Positions 40,145 through 48,853 of a DNA stretch of 64,000 nucleotides are shown one piece after another. The stretch lies in contig AP024674.1 of the NCBI GenBank assembly GCA_025998755.1, positions 876,467 through 940,466 on the forward strand, written 5' to 3'. The number at the start of each line of letters is the position of its first letter. The stretch's first letter is position 1. A program made the translations under genes and the position numbers. Below the pieces are notes generated by a model, which did no database searches, had not been told where the DNA came from, and worked only from the letters and a program-made list of their open reading frames with translations. The DNA is from Armatimonadota bacterium. GTDB lineage: Bacteria; Armatimonadota; UBA5829; DSUL01.

Positions 40145-42958
40145 ATGCTCCGTGCTACGGCCCCGGAAGCGATGTGGCGTATTCTGCTGGTCGCCATAGT
40201 GGCAGCAGCGCCGTGCGGACCTCTAGCCGCCGCACTGCTGGCGAATGCCGGGTTCGAGGCCGGAGACGGAGCCACGCCTCCAGATCCCCTTTACTGGACA
40301 GAGTACGGTCCGGACCTGACCGGCGAACGCTCTTCTGTCTTCAAGCGCTTGGGAGGATGGGCGGCAAAGCGTTGGACGGGCGGCGACCATCAGGAGTACG
40401 GATATTATCAGGACTTCCCGGCGATCCCGGGCAGAGAGTATCGTCTTGCCGCCTGGCTTCACAGCCCGCCCTCGGACGCGCTGTCTGGCTCCAGCTATGC
40501 GTGTCTGAAACTCGAGTTCCTGTCACCAGGCGGCGCGATGCTGCTCCAACGGGAGAGCCTCCGTCTCACCTCATCCAACGCTGGGTTCGAGGAGTATCTG
40601 GTCACAGCGGTGGCACCTCCGGGGGCCACAAAAGGTCGGGTGGTCTACGCTGTAGGCGCGGGTGCCGCACCGCACGGCGGTGCGGCCTACTGCGACGACG
40701 TCACGCTCGAAGATCTGGGACCGCTGCCCACATCCGACGACGCGTTGCTGGAAGAGCTCCAGAAAAGGGCCTTCCGTTTCTTCTGGGACGAGGCAGGGCC
40801 GCTGGGGCTCATTAAAGACCGGGCAGGCAACTTCCGGCAAGACCGATACCAGCACTCCAGCATCGCATCCGTGGGATTTGGGCTGGCGGCGATCTGCGTG
40901 GCCGAGGGGCGGGGCTGGGTGTCACGGGAGCAGGCTCGTCAGCGCATCGCGCTGACGCTGGATACCCTGGCTACGAAGGTTCCCAGGCAGCACGGATTCT
41001 TGCCCCATTTCCTGGATGCACGAACCGGGCAGCCATCCCCGGGAACGGAATACTCCGCCATTGATACGGCAATCCTGCTCTACGGAGCGCTGTTTGCCGG
41101 GTCCTGGTTCGAGGATCGATACGGAGACGCTTCCATTCGGGAGGCGGCTGAGGCTCTGTACCACGCAGTCCAATGGCCTGTTCTGCATTCGGGCAGCACC
41201 GTTTACAGCGAATACTGGATGATGGATCTGCTGGCCATCGGCTCGCCAACATATCCGCTCCCGCCCTCCGTGTGGAACGCGTTCAGCCGCAACTTCCAGG
41301 ACAATCTGGCCACGCGCCCGGCCGACCGGTCATATCCCAGGTTTTTCTACCCGGTGCTGTTTGTGCACCAGTATCCGCAGCTTTTCCTGGATATGCGGTT
41401 CCGGCGCGACGTCCATACTGTGGACTTGACCTATTTCGAGAGCACCCGGAACCACACTTTTTCGAACAGGCAGTACTGCATTGATCACTCCGTGTCCGCC
41501 GGGTTTGCGCATCCCCGCTTCCAGACCTACTCGGAGCATTGTTGGGGACTGACCGCCGGGGATGGCCCGGACGGATACCGGGACTATGGCGAGGCGCTTC
41601 CCTGGCTGCCGGAGCCGCAGAGCACCTGGCTTCTGGACGGGACCGTCCTGCCGCACGCCGCCGGTGGGTCTGTGGCCTTCGCTCCAGAGGTCTGTATCCC
41701 TGCGCTGCGCCGGATGGCGCAGACATATGGACACCGCATCTGGGGGCGTTACGGTTTTTCGGATGCCTTCAACGTGGACCGGAACTGGTGGGCGGAAGAT
41801 GTCATCGGTATAGACCTGGGCGCCATATTCCTGAGCATCGAGAACTATCGCAGTGGCGGCATCTGGCGGTGGACGATGCGAATCCCAGCCATCCGCCGCG
41901 CGCTGGCGCGGACGGGGTTCGTCGACGAGCGGCAGGCCGCGGTGGAGGATTTCGACTCCGCACCTCTTGGGGTCTGGGGATCCGGTTGCGAGAGCGATTG
42001 GGGAACGGGACACCTGTCATATGAGGAAATCGGGAGCACAGGCCAACTGCCAGGCGGCCGCGTTGCACGAATAACGGCGAGTGTGGCTGGAGGCGGAGCT
42101 GGAATCTGTCTTGGGTCGCTGGATTTGACCTACGCTGACGTCTTGAGCTTCTTCATCCGCGGGCAACGGGGTGGGGAGCGCATCACTCTGGTGCTGCGCG
42201 ATTGCGATGGACGGGAATCTGCCGTTGCGCTGACGGAGGAGCACCTATGGCAGCGCAGCATAGGCACGGACTGGCAGACTGTTTCTGTGCCGCTCAGCGC
42301 TTTCGACGGCATCCGCAGACCGTGCGCAGAGCGGCTGGCATTCCTGCTGCAGGAACCGGGGTCGGTCTGGGTTGACGGAGTGGCGTTCACCGGTGCGCAT
42401 CCAGATGCTCCGGCCGTGCCACTCCCCAGTCCCGGTTATGTGCGCAACCTTCCTCCCGGAGTATCTGTCACTCTCGAAAACCTTGTCGTAACGGACGACT
42501 TCGGAGCGTTTTTCTACGCCGCTCGGCCGGATCGCGCATCAGGAATACGCATTCAGCCGGGCGGCGGCTTCACGCCGGGGGAGCGCATTTCAGTCCGTGG
42601 AACCGTGGGGAGTGCAGATGAGGAGCCGGCGGTCTTCGCGACAGCGGTCTCCCGGCAGGGCAGGGTGTTGCCCCTTGAGCCGGTCGGGATGAAGTTGGCT
42701 GGTATAGGCAATAACCGCCCCGATCCCCTGGGACTGCGGGTTCGCTCCTGGGGTCAGGTGTCCGGTCTCGAACAGGATGGATTCCGTCTCCGGGACGGTT
42801 CCGGACGGGAGCTGGCGGTCGTCGCGCCCTCTCTTCCGAAGCCGGCTCCCGGAGCATTTGTCATTGTCACAGGTGTCGCGGGGCGCCGGGTTGCAGCGCA
42901 GGGTCCCCAACCGGTGCTGCGAATCCGGTCTCCGTGGGACATTGAGGTAGTGCAGTAG
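40145..42958 (+). CDS. secreted multi-domain glycoside hydrolase: N-terminal carbohydrate-binding module + (alpha/alpha)6 GH144/DUF3131-like catalytic domain (putative endo-beta-1,2-glucanase)
   Basis: Signal peptide (WRILLVAIVAAAPCGPLAAALLA); CBM4/9-like segment (NAGFEAGDG...YCDDVTLE); catalytic-domain motifs HGFLPHFLD and YGFSDAFNVDRNWWAEDVIGIDLGAIFLSIENYRSGG; ATG 40145 preceded by aaggagagg. Confidence 0.65.
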   Translation: MLRATAPEAMWRILLVAIVAAAPCGPLAAALLANAGFEAGDGATPPDPLYWTEYGPDLTGERSSVFKRLGGWAAKRWTGGDHQEYGYYQDFPAIPGREYRLAAWLHSPPSDALSGSSYACLKLEFLSPGGAMLLQRESLRLTSSNAGFEEYLVTAVAPPGATKGRVVYAVGAGAAPHGGAAYCDDVTLEDLGPLPTSDDALLEELQKRAFRFFWDEAGPLGLIKDRAGNFRQDRYQHSSIASVGFGLAAICVAEGRGWVSREQARQRIALTLDTLATKVPRQHGFLPHFLDARTGQPSPGTEYSAIDTAILLYGALFAGSWFEDRYGDASIREAAEALYHAVQWPVLHSGSTVYSEYWMMDLLAIGSPTYPLPPSVWNAFSRNFQDNLATRPADRSYPRFFYPVLFVHQYPQLFLDMRFRRDVHTVDLTYFESTRNHTFSNRQYCIDHSVSAGFAHPRFQTYSEHCWGLTAGDGPDGYRDYGEALPWLPEPQSTWLLDGTVLPHAAGGSVAFAPEVCIPALRRMAQTYGHRIWGRYGFSDAFNVDRNWWAEDVIGIDLGAIFLSIENYRSGGIWRWTMRIPAIRRALARTGFVDERQAAVEDFDSAPLGVWGSGCESDWGTGHLSYEEIGSTGQLPGGRVARITASVAGGGAGICLGSLDLTYADVLSFFIRGQRGGERITLVLRDCDGRESAVALTEEHLWQRSIGTDWQTVSVPLSAFDGIRRPCAERLAFLLQEPGSVWVDGVAFTGAHPDAPAVPLPSPGYVRNLPPGVSVTLENLVVTDDFGAFFYAARPDRASGIRIQPGGGFTPGERISVRGTVGSADEEPAVFATAVSRQGRVLPLEPVGMKLAGIGNNRPDPLGLRVRSWGQVSGLEQDGFRLRDGSGRELAVVAPSLPKPAPGAFVIVTGVAGRRVAAQGPQPVLRIRSPWDIEVVQ

Positions 42959-43014
42959 GCTTGGTGTGCTACGGCGCTCGTGCGTGCGCACCTTGCAGAA
43001 AGGAGAGGATGCTG

Positions 43015-44695
43015 ATGAGGAGCTGCAAAGGGCTTATCTGGATGACGCTGCTGGCGCTGGCAGTCTCCCTGCCTGCGGCGGCTGAGAATCTGTTGCTGAA
43101 CCCCAGCTTCGAAGTGGATCCGGTGGAAGACGGGCTGGCGGCCGGCTGGGCGAAGTATCGCTCTGGCGATGGCATTGATGGCTGGCTGAAGCCGTGGTCC
43201 GGCCCGGAGAACGACTGGGTGGCTGTCATTGGCCAATGGCAGCCCGGGCAGTGGGCGTTCTGGGGACAGAGTGCGCCCTGCGTTCCCGGCCGGATCGTCA
43301 CCTTCCGGGCCTGGAGCGGCGGCTTCCCCGGGTTCAACGGCTCCACGAAGGTGAAGCTGGAGTTCTACTATCCGAACCAGGAAGGGGGCACGATGGCCAT
43401 CTCCACGCCGGAGAGCTCATCCATCACGGGACCGCACGGGTGGCGTTTGCAGGAGGTGTCCGTGGTGGTCCCTCCACAGGCCATCCGGGTGCGCGCGATG
43501 CTCTGGGTGGACGGAGCTCCATCAGCACCGGCCAGCGGAAGCGCCAAGTTCGATGACGCCTGGCTGGAGACAGACGGGATCCCGCCGCGAGTGACTCCCG
43601 GCGAGGTCAACGGGCTCCCGGACAACACTCTGGTATGGCTGAAGTGGCCGGTTGTGGTGAAGGACAACGGAAGCGACGAAACCCGCACCGACTGCTACGT
43701 GACGGGATACGGCCGCGAGGGTACCTGCAGGGTGGTATCGTCGAATCCCATTCTCAGCAACGGGGGTACCGGTTGCGGTCCGACCGGGTGTTATGCTCCA
43801 CGTGCTTGGCACCGTTCAAACGGTGAACGGCGAAAAACGCGTGAACGCCATAGACATCGTTCCCACCAACTGGGACGGGCCGTGGCCCAGGCAGATCGGC
43901 ATGACATCCAAGTCCATGGCACTCCCACCGAACCCGTCCGGGCAGATTGTCCGGCTCGTCGGAAACGTCAGCAGCACGACTCCCGACAAGAGCTTTGTCT
44001 ATGTGGATGACGGGGCGAACGTGCCGGGCGAGGCTGGGTACACCGGTGTCAGGGTTCCCTATCCGGGCAGTCCAGATGACTATCCGGCCATCGGAGACAC
44101 AGTCGCAGCTACCGGTGTGCTTTGGCTGGAGCCAGGAGCTGGCGGACAGCGTTATCCCGTTCTGTATACCCGCCGCGCCACGGATTTCAGCATCATCAAC
44201 ATTGGCAGCGGGGGCATCGGGCGCAACCTCCTGCTGAATCCCGGCTTCGAAGAAGGTCCTGCGAACTGGGAGCGATCACCTCAGAGCGTGGCCCCGGAGC
44301 GCTGGGCGGCCCGTTCCGGAAGCTGGGGCATGGCGTTCTACGCGTGGGATACCTACGAGCAGGTCTTTGTCGGCCAGAGGGTGCGCAACATCGTGCCCGG
44401 AGCCTCTTACTCCTTCAGCGCCTACATCCTGAAGGAGGTCAACCACGTGGGCAACGTGGTTATGGAGGTTCACTGGTTCGATGCGGACGGTAACGAGATT
44501 CTCCCTGCGGTAGAAGTCCCTGCCGCCGCGGGCACCACTTGGCAGCAGTTCACTGTACCGGTTGTCGCCCCGGCCGGGGCCGCCGAGGGGAGTTTCGTAA
44601 TCCGGAACGTGGATCACGAACCTGCTCCGCCGCCCGGGCAGCTTCAGGCAGTGATGATTGACGACGTGGTGGTGAAGATGACCGCCACGCCCTGA
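43015..44695 (+). CDS. secreted protein with two CBM4/9-like carbohydrate-binding modules (apparent frameshift at G5 run 43762-43766)
   Basis: Signal peptide (LIWMTLLALAVSLPAAA); NLLLNPSFEVDPVEDG and NLLLNPGFEEGPANWE module starts; reading frame changes near cgggggtacc. ORF track shows 42961..44010 and 43793..44695. Confidence 0.5.
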
Positions 44696-44863
44696 TCAGT
44701 GTTGGAAAAGCTTCGGGAAGCGCGCCGTGGTCAGCTACAACGTTCGCGGCGCGCCTCCCGGGAAGATCGGCGAGTTATTCGCCGGAACAGCAGAAGCAGA
44801 CCTTCCGGAGCGTTGCAGCGCTCAGGGAGCTGCAAGTCTCAACGAGACAAGGAGGAAAGACAG

Positions 44864-45628
44864 ATGGGTAAGTGGTTCTGGCTCTGCTCGCTGGCACTGG
44901 TCCTTGGTGTCAGTTGCGCGGCGAACGCTTACGGGCCGGTCAGCTCCATTGATTCGGCCAAGGTCTATCAGTACGTGTGGCAGGACGATCCGGACTCCAC
45001 TCTGACGGTGGTGAACAACTATCCGTCCTATATCAGCTTCCGCGATGAGAACCTGGACGGCGACGGTCAGGGCGGGGAGTATGCCAACCGGCACGTCTGG
45101 AGGTTCTCCGCGGACGGTGGGTCAACTCCTTTCGAGTTCGGCAACACCACCTATTTCGAGTACTTCGTGGACGTGAAGGTGCAGGGCGACCCCACGACGG
45201 GGAAGCATCACGAAGCGGGCATCTTCTTCGACTATCGAGGCTGGGACGGCGTTCTGATGGTGAAGACCAACGGAGAGATCGCCGCCTTCGGCTATGTCCT
45301 TCCGTTTTATGCCTTCTTGGATCCGTACACCCCCGGCGACTGGATCCGTATCGGGGTGAAGTATTTCCAGGATCCCGGAGACGGCAAGAACAAGATCCGG
45401 TATTACGCGGGCTCCGCGCAGAGCCCCGCTCTGGCATTCGGAAACCTGGAGGGGGGCATCATTGACGGAACGACCATCGGGGGCTACGGACAGTTCCAGA
45501 TCGCTCCCGGGGTCCAGTCCAACTTCGGCATGGCGGAGTGGGGCAACATTCACATTGTGCCGGAACCGGCGTCGCTTCTGGTGCTGGCCGCCGGCGTGGC
45601 AGGCATGGCCCTGCGCCGCAGGCGCTAG
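44864..45628 (+). CDS. PEP-CTERM sorting domain protein (exosortase substrate)
   Basis: Signal peptide (WFWLCSLALVLGVSCAANA) and C-terminal VPEPASLLVLAAGVAGMALRRRR (PEP motif, TM helix, Arg cluster); aaggagg RBS. Confidence 0.7.
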   Translation: MGKWFWLCSLALVLGVSCAANAYGPVSSIDSAKVYQYVWQDDPDSTLTVVNNYPSYISFRDENLDGDGQGGEYANRHVWRFSADGGSTPFEFGNTTYFEYFVDVKVQGDPTTGKHHEAGIFFDYRGWDGVLMVKTNGEIAAFGYVLPFYAFLDPYTPGDWIRIGVKYFQDPGDGKNKIRYYAGSAQSPALAFGNLEGGIIDGTTIGGYGQFQIAPGVQSNFGMAEWGNIHIVPEPASLLVLAAGVAGMALRRRR

Positions 45629-45793
45629 TGCTCCGGCAGGGGGGACGGCCGGTCCCGTCCGACCGTCCCTCCTGAACGCCCGGCGCCGTTCAGGAATGCC
45701 GCCACTGCTCCACGACCGCCCCTGCGAAGCTGAGACGCCTCTGGCAACCGTCCGGGATGAGGACGGTTGCAGATCACAGGCGGAGGCTCAACA

Positions 45794-46483
45794 ATGAACC
45801 GCAAGGCATTCACGCTTATTGAACTGCTGGTGGTGATCGCCATCATCGCGATCCTGGCTGCCATCCTGTTCCCGGTTTTCACCCGGGCCCGAGAGAGCAG
45901 CAAAAGGTCGGCCTGTCTGTCCAACTGCAAGCAGCTCGCTTCTGCAATGCAGATGTACATTGATGACTGGAAAGGCCGCTTCCCGTCGTTCACGTATAGT
46001 GAGCAGTGGAAGCAGCTGGAGCCGCAGAATATCGTCTCCTACACAAAGAGCGAAGATGTCTTTCACTGCCCTGGCGCTACGGATATCAATAGCGCCCGGG
46101 TTCCGCCGCGAAACGCCAGCGAAAACTGGAAGAACTACTTCGGCCGGAATATGGGCAGCCCGGCTCAGTGGAAGTGGACGGACTACAAGATGATGGACAA
46201 CGGGTATCTGCCAGGAATGAGCGCCTCTGAAGTGCGCTCGCCCGTGTGGCTGGTGGTCTGTATTGACAACACGGACTGGTGGCCGCGGCATCCACGAGGC
46301 ACGGCTGCGAAAAATTACAACGATGGAGGGAGCAATCTGGCGTTCCTGGACGGACACGCGGCGTATTTTCCGAAGGAACGCTACAACGACGGCAACAAGC
46401 GATCCGGTCCCGATGTGGACGACGCAGGAGCCACTCCTTTCTGGAACTGGGGGCTTCCCCGGGATTACTGGATTCCGGAATGA
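45794..46483 (+). CDS. prepilin-type N-terminal cleavage/methylation domain protein (DUF1559-like)
   Basis: N-terminus [29 protein letters not shown]; C-terminal [15 protein letters not shown] (H-X9-DG-like); ggagg RBS. Confidence 0.8.
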   Translation: MNRKAFTLIELLVVIAIIAILAAILFPVFTRARESSKRSACLSNCKQLASAMQMYIDDWKGRFPSFTYSEQWKQLEPQNIVSYTKSEDVFHCPGATDINSARVPPRNASENWKNYFGRNMGSPAQWKWTDYKMMDNGYLPGMSASEVRSPVWLVVCIDNTDWWPRHPRGTAAKNYNDGGSNLAFLDGHAAYFPKERYNDGNKRSGPDVDDAGATPFWNWGLPRDYWIPE

Positions 46484-47772
46484 TCCCTGTGCTGTTGGCA
46501 TTGATGCTCGCGGGAACCGCCGCGGCGGGAGGCGAGCTGCGAGATGACCGCAGCTACCTGATCCAGGTTGCTCGCGAGACGTGGCGCTACTTTGAAGAGT
46601 GCCGCGACCCGGTATCCGGCCTGGTCTGGGATCACTGCGGGGAGACTGGCGCTGAAGGTCGGGGAGAGTATACCAGCCCCACGAATATCGCCCTAGACCT
46701 CACCTCGACGCTTGCGGCGATGGACCTCGGCATCATCACGCGGCAGCAGGCACAGGAGCGCATCGAAACGATTGTCGGCACACTTCAAAAGCTGGATCGG
46801 TACCGGGGGTTTTTCTTCAATTTTTATGAAACTGCCACGCTGAAGCCGACAGTACGCTTCCTTTCTTTTGTGGACAACGGCTGGCTGACCCTGGCGCTTC
46901 TGGCCGTCCGGCAGGAGTTTCCGGGAGATATGGGGGAGCGGGCCACCGCCATATTGAACAGCCAGGACTATGCATTCTTTTATGACCGGAAGGCCGGTTT
47001 GATGTATCACGGGTTCCATACGGATCGCAGGGGGATCCGCTACGGCCACTATGCTATCTTTTGCTCCGAACCCCGGGCGGCATCGCTTCTGGCCATCTCT
47101 CGCGGCGATGTGCCGGTGGAGCACTGGTTCCGGATGGAGAGAGCGCGTCCGGCCGAGGGGAAGGATTACAGGAAAGGAGAGATGCGCCGTTACTGCGGCG
47201 TCGACGTCCAGGAGAGCTACTTCGTCTACCGCGGTGTGCCCGTTGTGCCCAGCTGGGGCGGAAGCATGTTCGAGTTTTTGATGCCATCCCTGTTCATTGA
47301 CGAGTCCAGGTATGCGCGCACCAGTCTGGCCGAAAACAATCGCCGCGCCGTAGATGCGCAGATTGCGTTTGCCGCGGAGAGGGGAATGCCTGCCTGGGGA
47401 CTGTCGCCGTGCGCCAATCCGGCTGGCGGATATGGAGAGTACGGCGCTGCACCCATCGGGGTACAGGGGTATGCAGAGGGCGTAGTGACCCCGCACGCCT
47501 CGTTTCTGGCACTGGAGATCCGCCCTGCAGAGTCGCTGGCCAACATCCGGAAAATGGAACAGCTGTATGCCATCCGTGGTCACTACGGGTTCCGGGACTC
47601 TGTGGACACGTCTTCCGGCCGGGTAGCCAGTGTGTATCTGGCGCTTGACCAGGGCATGATCCTCACCGCCATCGGCAACTATCTGACGGGCGGCTCGATC
47701 CGCCGGCGCGTTATGCGGGATCCATCCATGAAGAAGGCTACCAGGATTCTTGCAATGGAGCGCTTTTTCTGA
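46480..47772 (+). CDS. secreted GH144/DUF3131-like (alpha/alpha)6 glycoside hydrolase, second copy
   Basis: Signal peptide ([18 protein letters not shown]); motifs SFVDNGWL and YGFRDSVD...[21 protein letters not shown] paralogous to the 40145..42958 catalytic domain; start overlaps upstream stop (ATGA). Confidence 0.65.
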   Translation: MIPVLLALMLAGTAAAGGELRDDRSYLIQVARETWRYFEECRDPVSGLVWDHCGETGAEGRGEYTSPTNIALDLTSTLAAMDLGIITRQQAQERIETIVGTLQKLDRYRGFFFNFYETATLKPTVRFLSFVDNGWLTLALLAVRQEFPGDMGERATAILNSQDYAFFYDRKAGLMYHGFHTDRRGIRYGHYAIFCSEPRAASLLAISRGDVPVEHWFRMERARPAEGKDYRKGEMRRYCGVDVQESYFVYRGVPVVPSWGGSMFEFLMPSLFIDESRYARTSLAENNRRAVDAQIAFAAERGMPAWGLSPCANPAGGYGEYGAAPIGVQGYAEGVVTPHASFLALEIRPAESLANIRKMEQLYAIRGHYGFRDSVDTSSGRVASVYLALDQGMILTAIGNYLTGGSIRRRVMRDPSMKKATRILAMERFF

Positions 47773-47791
47773 AGGAAATGGGGCAAGGAAA

Positions 47792-48853
47792 GTGGCTGCT
47801 TCCAGAACACCACCGAACATCTTCGACGTGGCCCGTCGGGCGGGGGTTTCCAAGTCCACGGTTTCGCGCGTTCTGAACGGGTCGGATCGCGTGAGCGAAG
47901 CCTCCCGACAGGCGGTTCTCCGGGCAATGGAAGACCTCGGCTTTCGGCCGAACAGCGCCGCCAGGCGTCTTGCAGGCTCGGCGGACCGGCGCATTGGTCT
48001 GTTGCTGCCTTTTTTCGGAAGCATGTTCTCATCCTTTTACGTGTATGAGATCATCCGTGGGGTGGGTCAGGTGGTTTCGGAACGCGATACGGAACTGCTG
48101 CTCCATTTTCAGCACGAAGACCGCAATGGACATAACCTCCGGCGGCGTTTGACAGCCAATGGTGCGCTTGGCGGATGGGTCATCGCAGATGAAATGGTGG
48201 ACGACGGGCTACTGGAAGAGGTTCGCGAGGCTGGAATCCCCTTTGTGTTGCTGAACAGAGAGTCCTCCGTTCCGTGGTCTTCCTGGGCCACAGTGGATAA
48301 CCGGGGCGCCGCAGAGGCAGTTGTGGAATATCTCGTTTCTCTCGGACACACGTTTATCGCCACGCTGACTGGTCCGCTTCACCAGCCTCCCGCCCGGGAG
48401 CGCCTGGAAGGCTTCCAAGCGGCGATGGCTGCGCGGGGTCTTGAGGTTCCGGATGGTTGGGTGGCCCGCTGCGACTTTCAGCGGCAGCTGGCAGCGGAAG
48501 AGACAGTCAGAATGCTTCGAGAACGTCCCCGTCCGACGGCTATCTTTGCGGCGTCGGACCTGATGGCCGCCGGCGCATATGAGGCTGCCTCGTCGCTTGG
48601 GTTGCGGATCCCGGAGGATCTCTCGGTGGTGGGCTTCGACGACGACTTCATTGCGGCTCAGTTGATTCCCCGCCTGACTACGGTCCGCCAGCCCCTCCAG
48701 GATGCGGCGCGGGCGGCCACATCCTGGTTGCTGGATCATCTGGAAGAAAGAAACGGACAACCGCTACGTGTGAGATTGCCGGCTTTTCTGGTGGAACGCG
48801 ACTCCTGTGCGCCGCCCTCCCGGGCGGACAACAGCAAGGGGAGCAGACCATGA
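47792..48853 (+). CDS. LacI-family transcriptional regulator
   Basis: N-terminal HTH NIFDVARRAGVSKSTVSRVLNG plus periplasmic-binding-like sugar-binding domain; GTG 47792 chosen, TTG 47750 possible. Confidence 0.8.
   Translation: MAASRTPPNIFDVARRAGVSKSTVSRVLNGSDRVSEASRQAVLRAMEDLGFRPNSAARRLAGSADRRIGLLLPFFGSMFSSFYVYEIIRGVGQVVSERDTELLLHFQHEDRNGHNLRRRLTANGALGGWVIADEMVDDGLLEEVREAGIPFVLLNRESSVPWSSWATVDNRGAAEAVVEYLVSLGHTFIATLTGPLHQPPARERLEGFQAAMAARGLEVPDGWVARCDFQRQLAAEETVRMLRERPRPTAIFAASDLMAAGAYEAASSLGLRIPEDLSVVGFDDDFIAAQLIPRLTTVRQPLQDAARAATSWLLDHLEERNGQPLRVRLPAFLVERDSCAPPSRADNSKGSRP

Noticed and set aside
46693-48024. 443-aa ORF on the minus strand
   Set aside because: Antisense to the GH144-like and LacI genes, both of which have recognisable motifs
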